A DNA stretch of 62,365 nucleotides, counting the filler, from Globobulimina sp. (taxonomy: Eukaryota), in assembly GCA_003354225.1 (NCBI GenBank). It is 25 parts of 25 records of this genome, joined end to end, with 100 filler letters (N's around TTAATTAATTAA, not from the genome) between each part and the next. Parts side by side here need not be neighbours in the genome. Positions count along the whole stretch, not along the records: positions 24,998 to 27,396 come from PIVH01006906.1; positions 27,497 to 29,895 come from PIVH01006907.1; positions 29,996 to 32,394 come from PIVH01006908.1; positions 32,495 to 34,893 come from PIVH01006909.1; positions 34,994 to 37,391 come from PIVH01006910.1; positions 37,492 to 39,889 come from PIVH01006911.1; 19 more parts are not named here. One strand, 5' to 3'. Made by a program: the position numbers and the translations under genes. A model generated the notes under the pieces. It made no database searches. It was not told where the DNA came from and was given only the letters and a program-made list of their open reading frames with translations. Below, in pieces: positions 24,998 through 37,800 of this stretch (positions within the stretch are counted from its first letter, which is position 1; each line of letters opens with the position of its first letter).

Positions 24998-27300
24998 ATT
25001 GGAATAAACGAAATGAATTGAATGAAATACAAAATAATTTCAATCGAAATATCACCGTTAAACAATTTAAACAACAAATTGCTAGAATTTCGGGGTTATC
25101 ATATCGAGCTGATTTAAATCCATCACTTCAATTTACTCCCTCACAATCATGCATTTGTAATCAAGTAATTCAGTTTAGTTCAATTTTATATCAATATGTA
25201 ATTATTCATATACTAGTAATTCATATAATATTATAAACCAAACAGTCAACCAACCGAAAATGGAAAAATTAATTTTTTTTATGCACCACTTGGTGCAGCA
25301 AAAGGATGTACTTTGACTCATATTAAATTAGAATGTGATTTCGATATTACGGTTGAACAATTACGAGCACAAATAATTAAAACAACATCAGTTAAGTTAA
25401 TTACTTATTAAGTCTTGCATAATTAATATCATATATCATAATTATATCAATTTTCTTCTAATATTTAGCTAAATTTATCAAATATGAGGCTTTTTGGAGG
25501 AAATAGAAATCTTACGTTCATTAAGAAAGCCAAATTGTCGGATTTAGAGTTTTCAAGCACAGCCAGCAATATTTTACATTGTTGTAATGATGAAAAAATG
25601 CATTCACATCCAATTGTAGTTCAAGTTGAAAAATATGAATTAGGATTTAAAAATACCGATGGTGGAGACCAATCATTTGAAAACATGACAGCCATTAAAT
25701 CACCAAACATGAATAAATCAAATGCGATTACAATTGCTGCAAAATCCTCAGATTCTATCATTTTTATTAAAACATTGCTTGAACAAAAACTTAAAGTTCC
25801 TGTTGCAAAACAATTAATATTTCATCAATGTATGTTTGTAATTTGTATACAAAATTGTTTGGTTATGTTAATATTAATTTATCTAAATATCTAGCATCGA
25901 AAAATGGCCTTCAACATATTGGGAATGATTATAGTTTGCGAGATATTGGATTAACAGAAAAAGTATCATTGATTGTTGCGAGTTGGAATAAGCCAAGGAA
26001 TTTGGCCTTTGATTTATTTAATCATTCACATCAATTATTTGATCATGATTCATCCAAATTATTTGAAATATTTAATTTTAATCAAGCAGATGATATTTTA
26101 TTTGTGTTACCACGATATATATTCCATAAAGAAGCATATTTAGAAACGTATGGTAAAGATAAAATAAGAGCATATTTTGGTAACATTAAAGATAGCACAA
26201 TGAAGAATGCGTTGCGTTTAACAGCTAGTTGGATGCCATTTATTTCGCAAAGCCGGAGTGGAATGTCATCATTTTTATCATGTTTATACTTATTGTCCCA
26301 TTCTGAAATAGTTACTGAAAATAAGCATAAATTATTGGGTCATTTAAGACAATTACAACCAAAAATTTCACCATTTATTAATTCGATGCAGATATTGTTG
26401 GATGGAAATGCTAATCAATTGACTCCAGCTCATAAAGTTAAAACTTTTCATTTTTTTGTAATTAAATTTTAATTCAACGCATTTACAGAGTGCATTATCA
26501 AATGGTTGTTATAAATTATTTCGGCAAATAATACCAATGTCAGCCATTGCAAATGATAAAGTATTTGAATATTCGCATTATATATTTTGGTATTTATTAC
26601 GTTTTGTATCGGATAAATTTGATCGAACAGAACCATTCAAAGAAGAAACATTAGTTTGCTCATTTTCAACATCATATTTGGTAAATCCTGTAATGATACC
26701 AGGCGATGATAAAATATATTCATATCAAAGCATCAGAGAAAGAATAAATGGGGGCAAATTATTTGATATTAATAATAAAAAATTTGCTAAATTAAAAATT
26801 GATGAAATTAATATCGATTATGATACGTATTTATTATTAAAAGTATATCCAAATTGCAAAACAGTATCGGTTTGGAATTGGGCGGATTTAACCAAATCGG
26901 TTAGAAAACAAATTGATAATTTTGAAATCAAAGAGAATGAGGAAAAAGAGGACGGGAGAAGTTGGGTGCAACAACAATTAGCATTAACATGGCGTCAAAT
27001 GACAAAATATATTTATGATACAACAAAAGAAGTTTGTACAGATTGTAAAAAAAAAGATAATAAAAAAGAATCGTGTATCAAATGTAAAAAATTAAATCAA
27101 AGGAACATATTCAGTGAATGTATGGCTATGAAACCAATTGATGAACATAACGAGTTAAGATTTATATATATATATATATATATTGTATACTATATATATC
27201 CATACTTATTTATATAGTGGTACAGCAGCTTTATGTTATGATACAAATGGCAATAAATGTGTAATTACAAAGAGATTGCAAAATAATGATATTAATGAAG
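24998..27300 (+). CDS. Multi-exon protein with ubiquitin-like repeats and a U-box-like segment (partial)
   Basis: ITVKQFKQQI, D.TVEQLRAQI and SDSIIFIKTLLEQKL.VPV.KQ.I are UBL-like; LVCSFS..YLVNPV.IPG...YS...I is U-box-like; several GT-AG introns. Confidence 0.45.
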
Positions 27301-27592
27301 GACACGAAACAATGAGCATATGAGACAATGTTTATTTTAATCTGTGATTTTGCGCACAGTTATGTATAACCACTATTAATAGTATTTTTGCTTTTCNNNN
27401 NNNNNNNNNNNNNNNNNNNNNNNNNNNNNNNNNNNNNNNNTTAATTAATTAANNNNNNNNNNNNNNNNNNNNNNNNNNNNNNNNNNNNNNNNNNNNCAGT
27501 AAAAACAGTAATTTCAAACTGAAAAGCAAAAAGTTAAATGTTACCTTTAACATTTTATTATTAACCTATTTTCCTTCCTAATTGTTGAAGAG

Positions 27593-28033
27593 ATGGCAGA
27601 TTCGGATAAAGAAGTGAAGGACGAACCAGATGATAAGGAAGAGTACAATGATGAAGACGAAGCACCACAAGAAGTGAAGAAGAAATATCCAAAAGGAAAA
27701 TACTGGGATGAAGAGTTAGTGGAGCGATTTCAGGATACGATGGAAGATGAGATCATGGAAATAATAAAAGATTTTGACAGTTATGCGGAACAACAGGATG
27801 AAATCGCAAGAGCAGTGAATAAAATATTGGATATATCACAAGATAATTTGGAGAAAGCAAATCGAAAAATGTATAAATATTTTTCAAATTGTATGATTTT
27901 CGATAAACGAACAGTATATAGAAAGCATATGAAATTTATTTGGGAAAAGGCTTTTGATAAAATGATATCTGTAACGGTTAATTCCGAACGTTTACATGTT
28001 TTATTACTTGCGTACGCTATATATTATGGATAA
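27593..28033 (+). CDS. Hypothetical acidic helical protein
   Basis: 146-aa ATG-initiated ORF; 3' structure uncertain. Confidence 0.5.
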   Translation: MADSDKEVKDEPDDKEEYNDEDEAPQEVKKKYPKGKYWDEELVERFQDTMEDEIMEIIKDFDSYAEQQDEIARAVNKILDISQDNLEKANRKMYKYFSNCMIFDKRTVYRKHMKFIWEKAFDKMISVTVNSERLHVLLLAYAIYYG

Positions 28034-28200
28034 ATTATCCTTGGTTATAATTTTTGTGTTGTTTTTCATTATTCATTATTCATTATATAATTTTTTTTTC
28101 TATGCAATATATGGCTTATTGAGTGCAAGGATAATAATAAACGCACTCCCTACCAATATATCCTTGCACAATGAACATGAACAAGACAAATCGAGTGTTA

Positions 28201-28623
28201 TTACCGGGAAATTACATCAGATGTTCGTTGTACTAAGTTATCTAAATGTTGTATAAATTTTTTTGATTTGATTGGTTGTTCCAATCTATGAAAGGGATCT
28301 TTCATGACATAGTCACAATACAATACATAAATATCTTTTAATAATCTTTGCAAGTTTTGCGTTGATGGAGTAGCAGAAACGATAAATTTTAATCCAGTCA
28401 ATGAATGATAACAATGTAATTGAAATGTATCATCTTCCATTGATACAATTCCGTCATTTTTTTTTGGAAATGGTGATAATCTCTTTATGACTTCACTCAT
28501 TCCATGAAATATTCCTGATACACGAATCCAATCATTTGGTTTTAATTTTGGATGTGATACGAAGCTCTTACACTATACCAATCCACCACTTCTATTCAAA
28601 ATTAATACTGGATGTATAGGCAT
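28201..28623 (-). CDS. TRAPPC4: TRAPP subunit Trs23/TRAPPC4 (sybindin) with an in-frame TAG at codon 17
   Basis: M.I....ILNRSGGLV*..., ND.IR....FHGM, LSP, GI..ME.DTF.LHC..SLTGLKF, IY.LY.DYVMK.PF...EQPI. Confidence 0.85.
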
Positions 28624-28881
28624 TTAATAGCTCCGAGATAGCTTGAAAAATAATAATAAAAAACTTGTTTCTCCCAAATACATGGCATTCTCTGTTGGAT
28701 GGGAGTGGTTAACCAATGGCACCAAGGTATGTATCGTTAAATTATTATGTTAAAAGTTTCAATTGTTTCAACTCAATTGCATGTTTAAACTAGTAATTAA
28801 TAAAAATAAAGAAAACAAAAATCAACAATACAAAAAACGCAAATTCATTTTCTATGCACCAAACCCACATTACATATACAG

Positions 28882-29843
28882 TCACCATCCATTATCCGTC
28901 ACGGACGAATTACAAACCAATGTTGGCTGCGATTTCACCGTCAAATATCCGCCATAATTGGTAATCTCTTTGAGAATCACCTTTACGACTTCTCCAATCC
29001 GCTTCATCCCTTCTTTTGGGTTCAACGTAGATAACGTTAAGATATATTTCGGTGCGATATCTAACTTTATTTTCACTACGAAATCGTCAGTGGATAATTC
29101 TAAACCTTTTTTAAGCGCTTTTTTTATAGCAATTATACCATCGATCTCAAAGCAAATGCATTCAATGCCGCACTCAATGACTACGACCTGTTGTTTTAGT
29201 CTCTTCTCAATGTTTTTGAACAAAATCGCATAAATATACTTTGGAACATCGAATTCTGCCAAGAATTTCTCCCGATTTTCCCTCGCATATTTTAAGCCAT
29301 TATAAGCGTGGCCGAACCGCTCCGCCATTGGCCATCCAAATCTTTGATATAATTCTTCAACGCCGAAATTCGTATTTTTGGCGACATGCCGCATTATGGA
29401 ATGGACCGCCTTTGATTTGTTCCATTTTTCCTCAGTTAATAATACCTGTTGGTGAGATACTATTTTTTTCGATAAATCAATATAGCCTCAATTGTATATG
29501 TATGATGTCAGTGATTTTTGTTTATGGATGGAATGCAATGAAATAAAATACCTTTTTGTTTGTTTACATGTAACACAGAAACAATTTCTTGCCTCCCTTC
29601 TTTTATCAATTTTTTTGACAATTTAACAGAATCTATCCTTCTTTTTGATAATTCAGACAATGAAATCATTCCTTCGATACCGTTATATTCTAATAATGAA
29701 CAAAATGCACCCATATCTACGATGGATTTGACTTGGACGACTACTAAATCTTTCTCGTCTGGATACTCTTTTGCATACATTCTACAATTCAGTGATTTAT
29801 TATTGCCATTGGTGTATGGGGTGCTGTCTGATTCAAGTGACAT
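28882..29843 (-). CDS. EIF2S1: Translation initiation factor eIF2 alpha (divergent); 2 exons
   Basis: CRMY...YP, MGA..SLLEYN.IEGMI.LSELS, KGYIDLSK across intron 29551-29487, SK.VHSIMRHVA, C...DGI.AIK.AL. Confidence 0.92.
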
Positions 29844-30198
29844 TGCACTTTGCTTAGGTTCCCAAAAAAACTTTGATTTATTGTCAAAGTTATTTNNNNN
29901 NNNNNNNNNNNNNNNNNNNNNNNNNNNNNNNNNNNNNNNTTAATTAATTAANNNNNNNNNNNNNNNNNNNNNNNNNNNNNNNNNNNNNNNNNNNNTGTTT
30001 TAATTTATATTGTTCACAATAAATGCCAAGGTATCTGTATTCCAGATACTTGTGCTTGTAATCAATATTTTTGCTAATTGATTGATTGATTGCATTCTGT
30101 TTAATTTTTTAATTTATTTGTGATAATGTGCAAATTCACCCGTATAATTTAAGAATGAATTATATTTTTATAATTTTAACTATACTTCACAACATTCC

Positions 30199-30504
30199 AT
30201 GGGAAATTGTGTTGGCAGCGGTAAAGCACCAAAAGGAGATTATAACACATGCATTGTCACCAAGTACGACACATGGAAGCCATGTCCTGGACTGCCACCT
30301 CCTCCACCTCGCAGAACACAAACCATACTGCACACATTAAGCATTGCATCGGATGACTCAATTAAAGATATTATTACATCAAAACCGCGGGGTGAAACAT
30401 ATAGTTTATATAAGGCATCATCGTCGAAAGGTTTATTGTTAAAAAAAGTATCAAAAACATGGTCATTCCGCGATGTTCATTATTCTCCACATTATCATTA
30501 TTAA
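30199..30504 (+). CDS. Small putative N-myristoylated/palmitoylated protein
   Basis: Starts MGNCVGS; poly-Pro stretch. Confidence 0.45.
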   Translation: MGNCVGSGKAPKGDYNTCIVTKYDTWKPCPGLPPPPPRRTQTILHTLSIASDDSIKDIITSKPRGETYSLYKASSSKGLLLKKVSKTWSFRDVHYSPHYHY

Positions 30505-30882
30505 AATTCAATTATTTAATATATTTATAATTTTATGAGTGAACTCAATTGCAATCGGTGTTGTTAATTCATTTCGTTTTAATGACACTTTATGAATTAA
30601 TACGTGTTGCTGCCTGAATAGGATTCGTTTATTTGTCGCACTATTTTTTGTTTGTTATCAATTAAGTGATCGTCGATTATTTTTGTTTGTTTTTTTTGTT
30701 GATTGTTATAAACGCATTATGTGATGTTGCTTTTTTCATTTACAACATCATGTGCTTCATCTGGTTGTTTTTTTTGTTTATAATATCGATTGTTACCAGA
30801 TCCATTATCGTCCGTTACCGCCACTGACCACTAGTCGCAGTGCGAGGATCTCTCCTTTATCTTCCTCTTTTGGTTTTGCATA

Positions 30883-32394
30883 ATGGCAATTGCCATATTA
30901 AAGAAGTCATTTCATCGGAATTCAACCTACACAGCACAGACGTGCACAGATGAAATATCATTGCTAGGCCAAAAGGTGACTTTCCACGCGGACCTAAAAG
31001 CAGACAGCAAGTACAAAACCAACAAATATTTATATATCCTCACCTATTCAGTCATGGTAATATCCTTAGCCTGTTGTGAGACATTCGGAGCAGCCATATA
31101 TACCGAATTAGCACGCCAATTAAATGTGGGCACGGATGTCATCGCATTTATCTTTACATGCAAGTCAATAGCATTTGCAGTATCCGCCATGTCCTGTGCA
31201 TGGATCACAGACTACTTCAACGAAACACATCGATACATTTCAATGACGATGCTATTTTCATGCATATCACTTCTCATCATACCGTACACGCACAATACGC
31301 ACATAATGTACATACTATTCATAATCATCGGCTATTCGGTGGGAGCCATTTATGTTTGTTTCCCTGTTTATATCTTTAGACTATACTCCAAGAGGCAGTC
31401 GTTAATGATCTACATTTTATTATCCATTTACGGCACAACCAAAGTGATATTGCCGTTACTCATTGAATTGTCGATCCTGGTGACCACTAAATACGACTTA
31501 TCATTATACATCATCTCATTCATCGGCCTATTCGACTGTGTCTGTTTGCTGTTTGTTTTGACGCCAATCCACGACAAACTACGTACCATCAAATCAGACC
31601 TTGCCAATAAGAAAAAAAGCAGGAAGAAGTCTGCTAAATCGCTCATGTTTGACCACAATAACTATACATGCACAGGCACCACAAATACAAATAGCTACAA
31701 TATATCGTTTGGAAATATCTCGGATGATCACACTGCGAATAAGTTTGCAAATGACTCTCTCACTGATCATGAGCACGAACATGAACATGAACACGAACCG
31801 CAAGAAGCGGAATATAGCACTACGGATATCACTGTGTTGGAATCTGAAACAGAATTAGAAGACATATCGAATCAGGTTTCGTTTGTATTGCGCAATAATA
31901 AGAAACATGTCTTTTATGAATGGATTGTGATCATATTGTTGTCGCTCGACATGTCATTGTTTTCCGCAGTACAAAGTGGTTCGGTCAGCTTTATCACGAC
32001 ATATTGCGACGAGACTTTGCATATTGACGAAGGAAATGGTAGGTTTATGATGTCATGCTATTTTTTAGGACAATTGATGTATAGATTGATATTTGCAGTG
32101 TTTATTGGCGACGGATACAAGAAAGTATTCAGTCCAACGCGGACAATTTCATTTGGATTTGTTGTGATGACCATTTTTTCCTTGATATTTGTGATTTGGC
32201 CCAAGGATATTATTGTTTTATATGTCGTGTATTCCGTTTCTGGAGCATTTGGGGGTGGCATCTTCCCAGATATTTATAAATGGTGTGAGTGCATGAAGCC
32301 TGTTTCTGGGGTTTTGTCATGTTTTTATATTATTGGATTCGCTGCGGGCGATGCTGTGATTGTGCTGGTTGTTGGTGAGCTGTTTGCGGTGATG
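30883..32394 (+). CDS. Major facilitator superfamily transporter (MFSD4-like), 3' truncated
   Basis: Two blocks of TM helices flanking a long hydrophilic loop with (HE)n; W..DYF loop; FITTYC. Confidence 0.8.
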
Positions 32395-33699
32395 NNNNNN
32401 NNNNNNNNNNNNNNNNNNNNNNNNNNNNNNNNNNNNNNTTAATTAATTAANNNNNNNNNNNNNNNNNNNNNNNNNNNNNNNNNNNNNNNNNNNNTCTGCA
32501 ACGATTCGAATTGCCGCTCCGCCTCTTGCCGCGAGTTGGAATTCCCGGCATCATTGGCACTGTCATACAAATTCTTCAATTTAATCACATCGGCAATGCG
32601 CCCATTCAACTCCAATGGTAGGATTTGTACATGTCAACCGCAATGATTTCGGTTCTTCAATTTCTCATGTTTAATTTGTGTAATTTGTGTATAAAATACG
32701 GTTTGATAAACTCAACGACCAAATTAAACTCATAAAAAAACAAACCGCACTTTAATTGAGCTGCCATGCAGTGATATTTGGGATTGGCTAAAGCTTAAGG
32801 TTTTTTCCTATTTAAATGTTAAAATTGTACATGTTTTGCAAACTTAAAACGAAAGAAAAAGAGAATAAAATATTCAACACAAAAACTTAACATTGCTAAA
32901 TCTAGCTCGTATTTAATTAATAAACCATGAAAATAAGCATCCAAAAAGCAATTTGATATATTCATCCAATATGTACACAATAAACATATAAAACAAAATT
33001 TATACAACAATGAAAATAAATCCGCATAAACGTTTAAAATAAACCAAAAAAAATAAAACGTTTAATTATCGAGGAAGCCCCAGCCGAATTGCAAAACCGG
33101 TCAGACACTGGGTTGTACAGAACAGAATAGGCATGACCCCAAGTTTCTATTCTAGTTGCGACCAGTATATCGATAACATTTTATCTTATTTGATCCATGT
33201 TAAAATTCCAATTATTAATAATTATTTTTAATTATAACTGAATTTTCCCTATTCCAAAATAGATATAATTAATGACTAAGCAAATAAAGCAATTTAATAA
33301 AGCAATGTCGGCAAAAGAGGATGAAGTTTTTTTAAATTACAGCCAAAAAACAAAATTAATTCATTAAATTCCAATTGACTCATAAATCAGTCTACATCGA
33401 TAACATTCGATCAAGTAACGCTGATAATCCATGATTAAAAGATTATGAATTATCGTTCAATATTAGACAAATTGAAATCAATGAATCCAGCACTAAATTA
33501 CGTTACATAAACCAGGATCATTAATTTTATTGCGAGTGTGTTGGAGAGAAACAAAACGTGAGTCATCACTTCCACTGCCAGTCGAATGATATGATTTGTT
33601 TGAATTGAATTATAAAAAAAAAAAAAAGAATATGGAATTGAATGCGGTGCCGGTGATGTAATTGAAAAGAGAGTTGATTTTGAAAAACAAGAAATGTGA

Positions 33700-34424
33700 T
33701 ATTCAGTAAATGTGATCGATCAAGGAAATGCAATTGCTTTTAGGAATATAAAGTTGGCAAAAACATATTATTTGGTTGTTAGAATGAATTTAGAGCATTT
33801 TTTGAATGATTTTAAGAAAATGGAAGAGAAAGAAAATGATTTCAAACAAAGTGAGATTGCCAAATTAAAGGAGGAAAACAATAATTTCGAAAAAGAGAAA
33901 GCAGACATCACCAATCAATATGAGAGGATATTAAATGAAGCAAGCGATAATCAACAAAATCAGGTTTAAAATATTTTATTTTTCTCTCGTTTGTTTTTTA
34001 ATTTTGTATATAAAAAACACAAAAAACAGAAGAAACAATTTGATGATGAAAATAATGCATTAAAACAGCAAATAAATGCAATGAGAGAAGAATCAGAGAC
34101 AGAAAAACAAGAATTAACAAATCAGGTAAAACATATTTGTTTGTGTTGTTTATAAATATACAGAAAAAACAGATAAAAAATTTAGAGCAACAATTAAATA
34201 ATTTATTGGATGATAAAAAAGAAATGGAATTAGAAATCAATGAATTAAAAGAAGAGAATGAGAGATTAAATAGGAATAATGTGGATTATTAGTTATGGCG
34301 GGAATGTGATTCAAAAAAAGTATTTCATTTTATTATGAATACAGTGAATGATGGCTCCTTAAAGCCATATCAAGAAAGTATTAAAAAAGAAATATTTGAG
34401 TCTGAATATACTGGAAATAATTGA
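33700..34424 (+). pseudogene. Degenerate coiled-coil protein with SAM-like remnant
   Basis: E/K/N-rich heptad exons interrupted by stops (TGA TGA near 34042, TAG near 34290, TGA near 34422). Confidence 0.45.
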
Positions 34425-34649
34425 GGCGCTATCCATCCAGTATCTTAGGCCAAGATTTGAACTTCTTCAAAACTTTCTTCAAAACACTAAGAAATCAATG
34501 CTGTGACAAAAATTGGATCGTCAAAACTTTAAGAAATGGTTATTTCTGAGAAATGTGAAAGTGCAATTTTTTGAGAAATGTATTTTTTTGGTGTATTTTT
34601 AGAGGGATTTACGACTCAGAATTTTGTTGCAGTTTGAATAAAATAATAG

Positions 34650-34790
34650 GCAGAGCCAGCCCCTCCCTCCCAGCCACCCGCACCTACACCACCCCAGCCA
34701 GCCAGCCACAGCCACCCACCCACCCCCAACTAACCAGCCAGCCAGCCAGATCCTACAAATACTATCCTATCCTATCCTGTCCTGTCTTAT
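34650..34790. repeat. Low-complexity CCAGCCA/CCACCCA and TATCC/TGTCC microsatellite tract
   Basis: Directly visible tandem motifs with strong strand skew. Confidence 0.75.
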
Positions 34791-34993
34791 ACATTTTGGA
34801 TTCGATATCAATTATACACAACAACAAAACTGATCAATTAAAAAAAACAAAAAAGAAAAAGCAAATAAAATAAAAATTTAATTATGTACAAAANNNNNNN
34901 NNNNNNNNNNNNNNNNNNNNNNNNNNNNNNNNNNNNNTTAATTAATTAANNNNNNNNNNNNNNNNNNNNNNNNNNNNNNNNNNNNNNNNNNNN

Positions 34994-35580
34994 TTTCTGC
35001 GCCATTTAAAAATAATTTTAAATGCGAATCTTCAATTTTTGACTCCAGCGTAAATTTAGCAAAACCAACCTCTGCCAACAACACTTTTTTTTCGTCTTTG
35101 CCAGAAGCTGTTAACTGATAAAATGAATAAAGATTTCCAGTTTTGCCGTTGTCGTCCAATTCCCATTGGATTTTGTTCAAAGGTTCTTGATTAAATGCAT
35201 GGATTTGCTGAACTACAGTTTTTAGCGCAGTGCAATTCTTATCAATTTTATATTGCCCACTCATTAAATAGGTTCCATTGGCAATGCCCCAATTGAGATG
35301 ATCCGATGATACATTACAATTATGTCTTAATTCACTGCGTGGGAATTCTGAATTTACTGTGGTTCCACCATTTGCAGGGTCCCAGAATGTCATACTTCCG
35401 TCAGTTCTATCTGTATAAAAATATTCCGATGTATAGCCATTTACTAACTGCGATTCAGATATATATGGTCGTCACATCTTTATCCGGCAAAGTTAATTTA
35501 AAATGACTTAATCAAAGTTCTTTCCTGGTGGCTCGTAACTGCTGTTAGGCACATGACTGCCATTACACTTAACATCATGA
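34994..35580 (-). pseudogene. Polysaccharide lyase family 7 (alginate lyase), frameshifted near the 5' end, 3' truncated
   Basis: PPGKNFD(L)SHFKLTLP, L.NGY.SEYFY, GGTT.NS.FPRSELR, QQIH; -1 nt near 35510 and +4 nt near 35465. Confidence 0.8.
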
Positions 35581-36717
35581 TGGTATGATTATTGTATGAA
35601 AAACTTAATTATAATGTATCTGACCGCAGTGACAGTGGCAGGTGGAGAGCCAGGAGAGGTTTATAAAAATCAATAACGAATACAGCGGATTAAATAATAC
35701 GGAGATTATGTACAAATAAACAATGCAAGTCATGTGCCACCAATTGTTTTTTTTAGTTGTATTTCGATCGTATTTGAGCATCATAGAAAGTTTGTGCAAG
35801 GATACATAAATAAATTGTAAGAAAATCATTATGAAAATTAAGAAAAACCAAAGAAACCAGTCTGTGTAGCTATATGTGCTGTACATGTCATTGTAGATTG
35901 TACGAATAATTTGCTTGAACAACCACTCAATGAATTAATAATTAAATTTGTTTATTTGAGCGTACTATTTCAAATACTGATACAATGTAACAACGAATGA
36001 TTTGATATATGAAGGTTGAAATTAAATAATTTTTCAAAATGAGATGTATGAAGAATAGCATTACATTAATAATACATCATTGCTGCGACTAATGTTTTGC
36101 TCATATAATAACCTGTTAATAAACATATTGCAAGGAATATCACATCTGTATATTAACATTTGTGGCATATGCATTAAAATAGCTTAACTGACACATATAT
36201 GGTACAACTTAACTGACAATATACCTCTCCCACGGTTTTACAAAGTTCAATGCAAATAAAAGCACGTAATGGAGGTACAGATCGACAAAGTCGATGTTGA
36301 ATACTTTCATGATTAGCGTAAAATTGTTTGATTAGTGAGTGGTGTAAAAGCAAAATAGCCAAGCTACGATGATCGAAACTGCGAGCAACGTTTAGTATAA
36401 AACTGTCAGTTGGAAGCTTGGAACTGCTGATAAAATAAAATTGCACTCTTAGTTGACATATATAATCGCGATACAAAGTATATAATCGCAAATATCTGTG
36501 GGTTCTTGGATAACTTTTCCCTTCTCCTTGCACTCAAACTATTAAAAAAAGATCTCAACGATATCTAAGAAATCAATTTCATCCAACATTAATAATTTCA
36601 AATTAAAACGCTATTTTTTTATAATAATTATAATTTCAAAAACAGATAACATTTAAGCACGTTACAACAAACACAGAATTTCAAACAATTTATGTCCAGT
36701 TCATAACCAAATTTGCA

Positions 36718-37391
36718 TCAAATTAGATCATCAATCATAGCCTTTTGCAGTGCGGCTTTTTTAATCTGTTTTTTCATTTTCTTAATCTCCTTATTCTTGT
36801 CATCCATATCCATTTCATCATCATTCATTTCCGGGTTTAAATTAAATATATTCTCAATCACACCAATCTCAGTCGCAGTGGTATCAGAGCCCACAAACGA
36901 ACACCAATCGTTTACTACCATTGCTGCGCCAATCACACACGAACCGCGATTCACTGTACCAGTCATTACCGGCACTTGCAACAACGAACTCAATTCTTTC
37001 TGTTCATCTTTGGTACATTTTGGATGTACCAAAGCGCCCAAATTGCTCACCGCGCAATAACTGCCCACCAACGATTGTCCTGCGATGCTCTGACGAAACA
37101 CTTCCACGTCAAATACATCCGATACTATCTCTTCTGTTGACTGTGCAAAAACGCATAACAACACATTATCAAAAATTAGTTTCAAACCGATTTTTGTTCT
37201 CAGTTTCAGTTTCAAACTCAAAATCAAACTCAAATTTGGTTTATTTTTTCCAGCTTGAACTTGAATTTGTTTTTTTTTTCAGTTTGAAACTTATTGTTGA
37301 CTTTGCTGAATATGCGAAAACGCGTAGAAAGTGAAAATGTACCTTATCGATGTCAGGATGGATGAGCGCGACGTGGTCGTTGGTGATTATG
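36718..37391 (-). CDS. EIF6: Translation initiation factor eIF6, 3' half; intron 37342-37142
   Basis: [42 protein letters not shown]...GTVNRGS.VI.A..VVNDW, DTTATE..VIE.IF. Confidence 0.97.
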
Positions 37392-37491
37392 NNNNNNNNN
37401 NNNNNNNNNNNNNNNNNNNNNNNNNNNNNNNNNNNTTAATTAATTAANNNNNNNNNNNNNNNNNNNNNNNNNNNNNNNNNNNNNNNNNNNN

Positions 37492-37800
37492 AATAGCCAT
37501 AACTCGGCCAATAATTGACCGATCGAGCTGAAAATTGAAACACGAATTTTCAAAATTTTCGATTTTGGGCCTAAAATTTTGGACCGTAAATTACAATTTA
37601 CGGTCCGACGGACCGTAAATTATAAAAATAGCCATAACTCGGCCAATAATAATCGGACGGAGCTGAAATTAAAAACATAGATAAACGGTAAAACGAGGGT
37701 GCCGGCACGAAAACGGTTACCGTATCTAGCCCACACTAAACACCCAAAGCGGCCGGACCGTAAATTCAAAAGTGCAAAAATAGTCATAACTGTAATAGTT
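37492..37800. repeat. Repeat cluster: 2x AATAGCCATAACTCGGCCAATAAT, 3x GGACCGTAAATT and a 26-nt palindrome
   Basis: 24-mer at 37492 and near 37627; GGACCGTAAATT-AC-AATTTACGGTCC at 37581-37606. Confidence 0.8.

Noticed and set aside
29440-29480. Frameshift in eIF2-alpha at the A-run after YIDLS
   Set aside because: The run has 7 A, so the spliced frame reads SKKIVSHQQ…SKAVHSIMRH without a break.
31765-31800. (GAACAT)n / HEHEHE repeat as a metal-binding system
   Set aside because: Short coding microsatellite in a disordered MFS loop; no further support.
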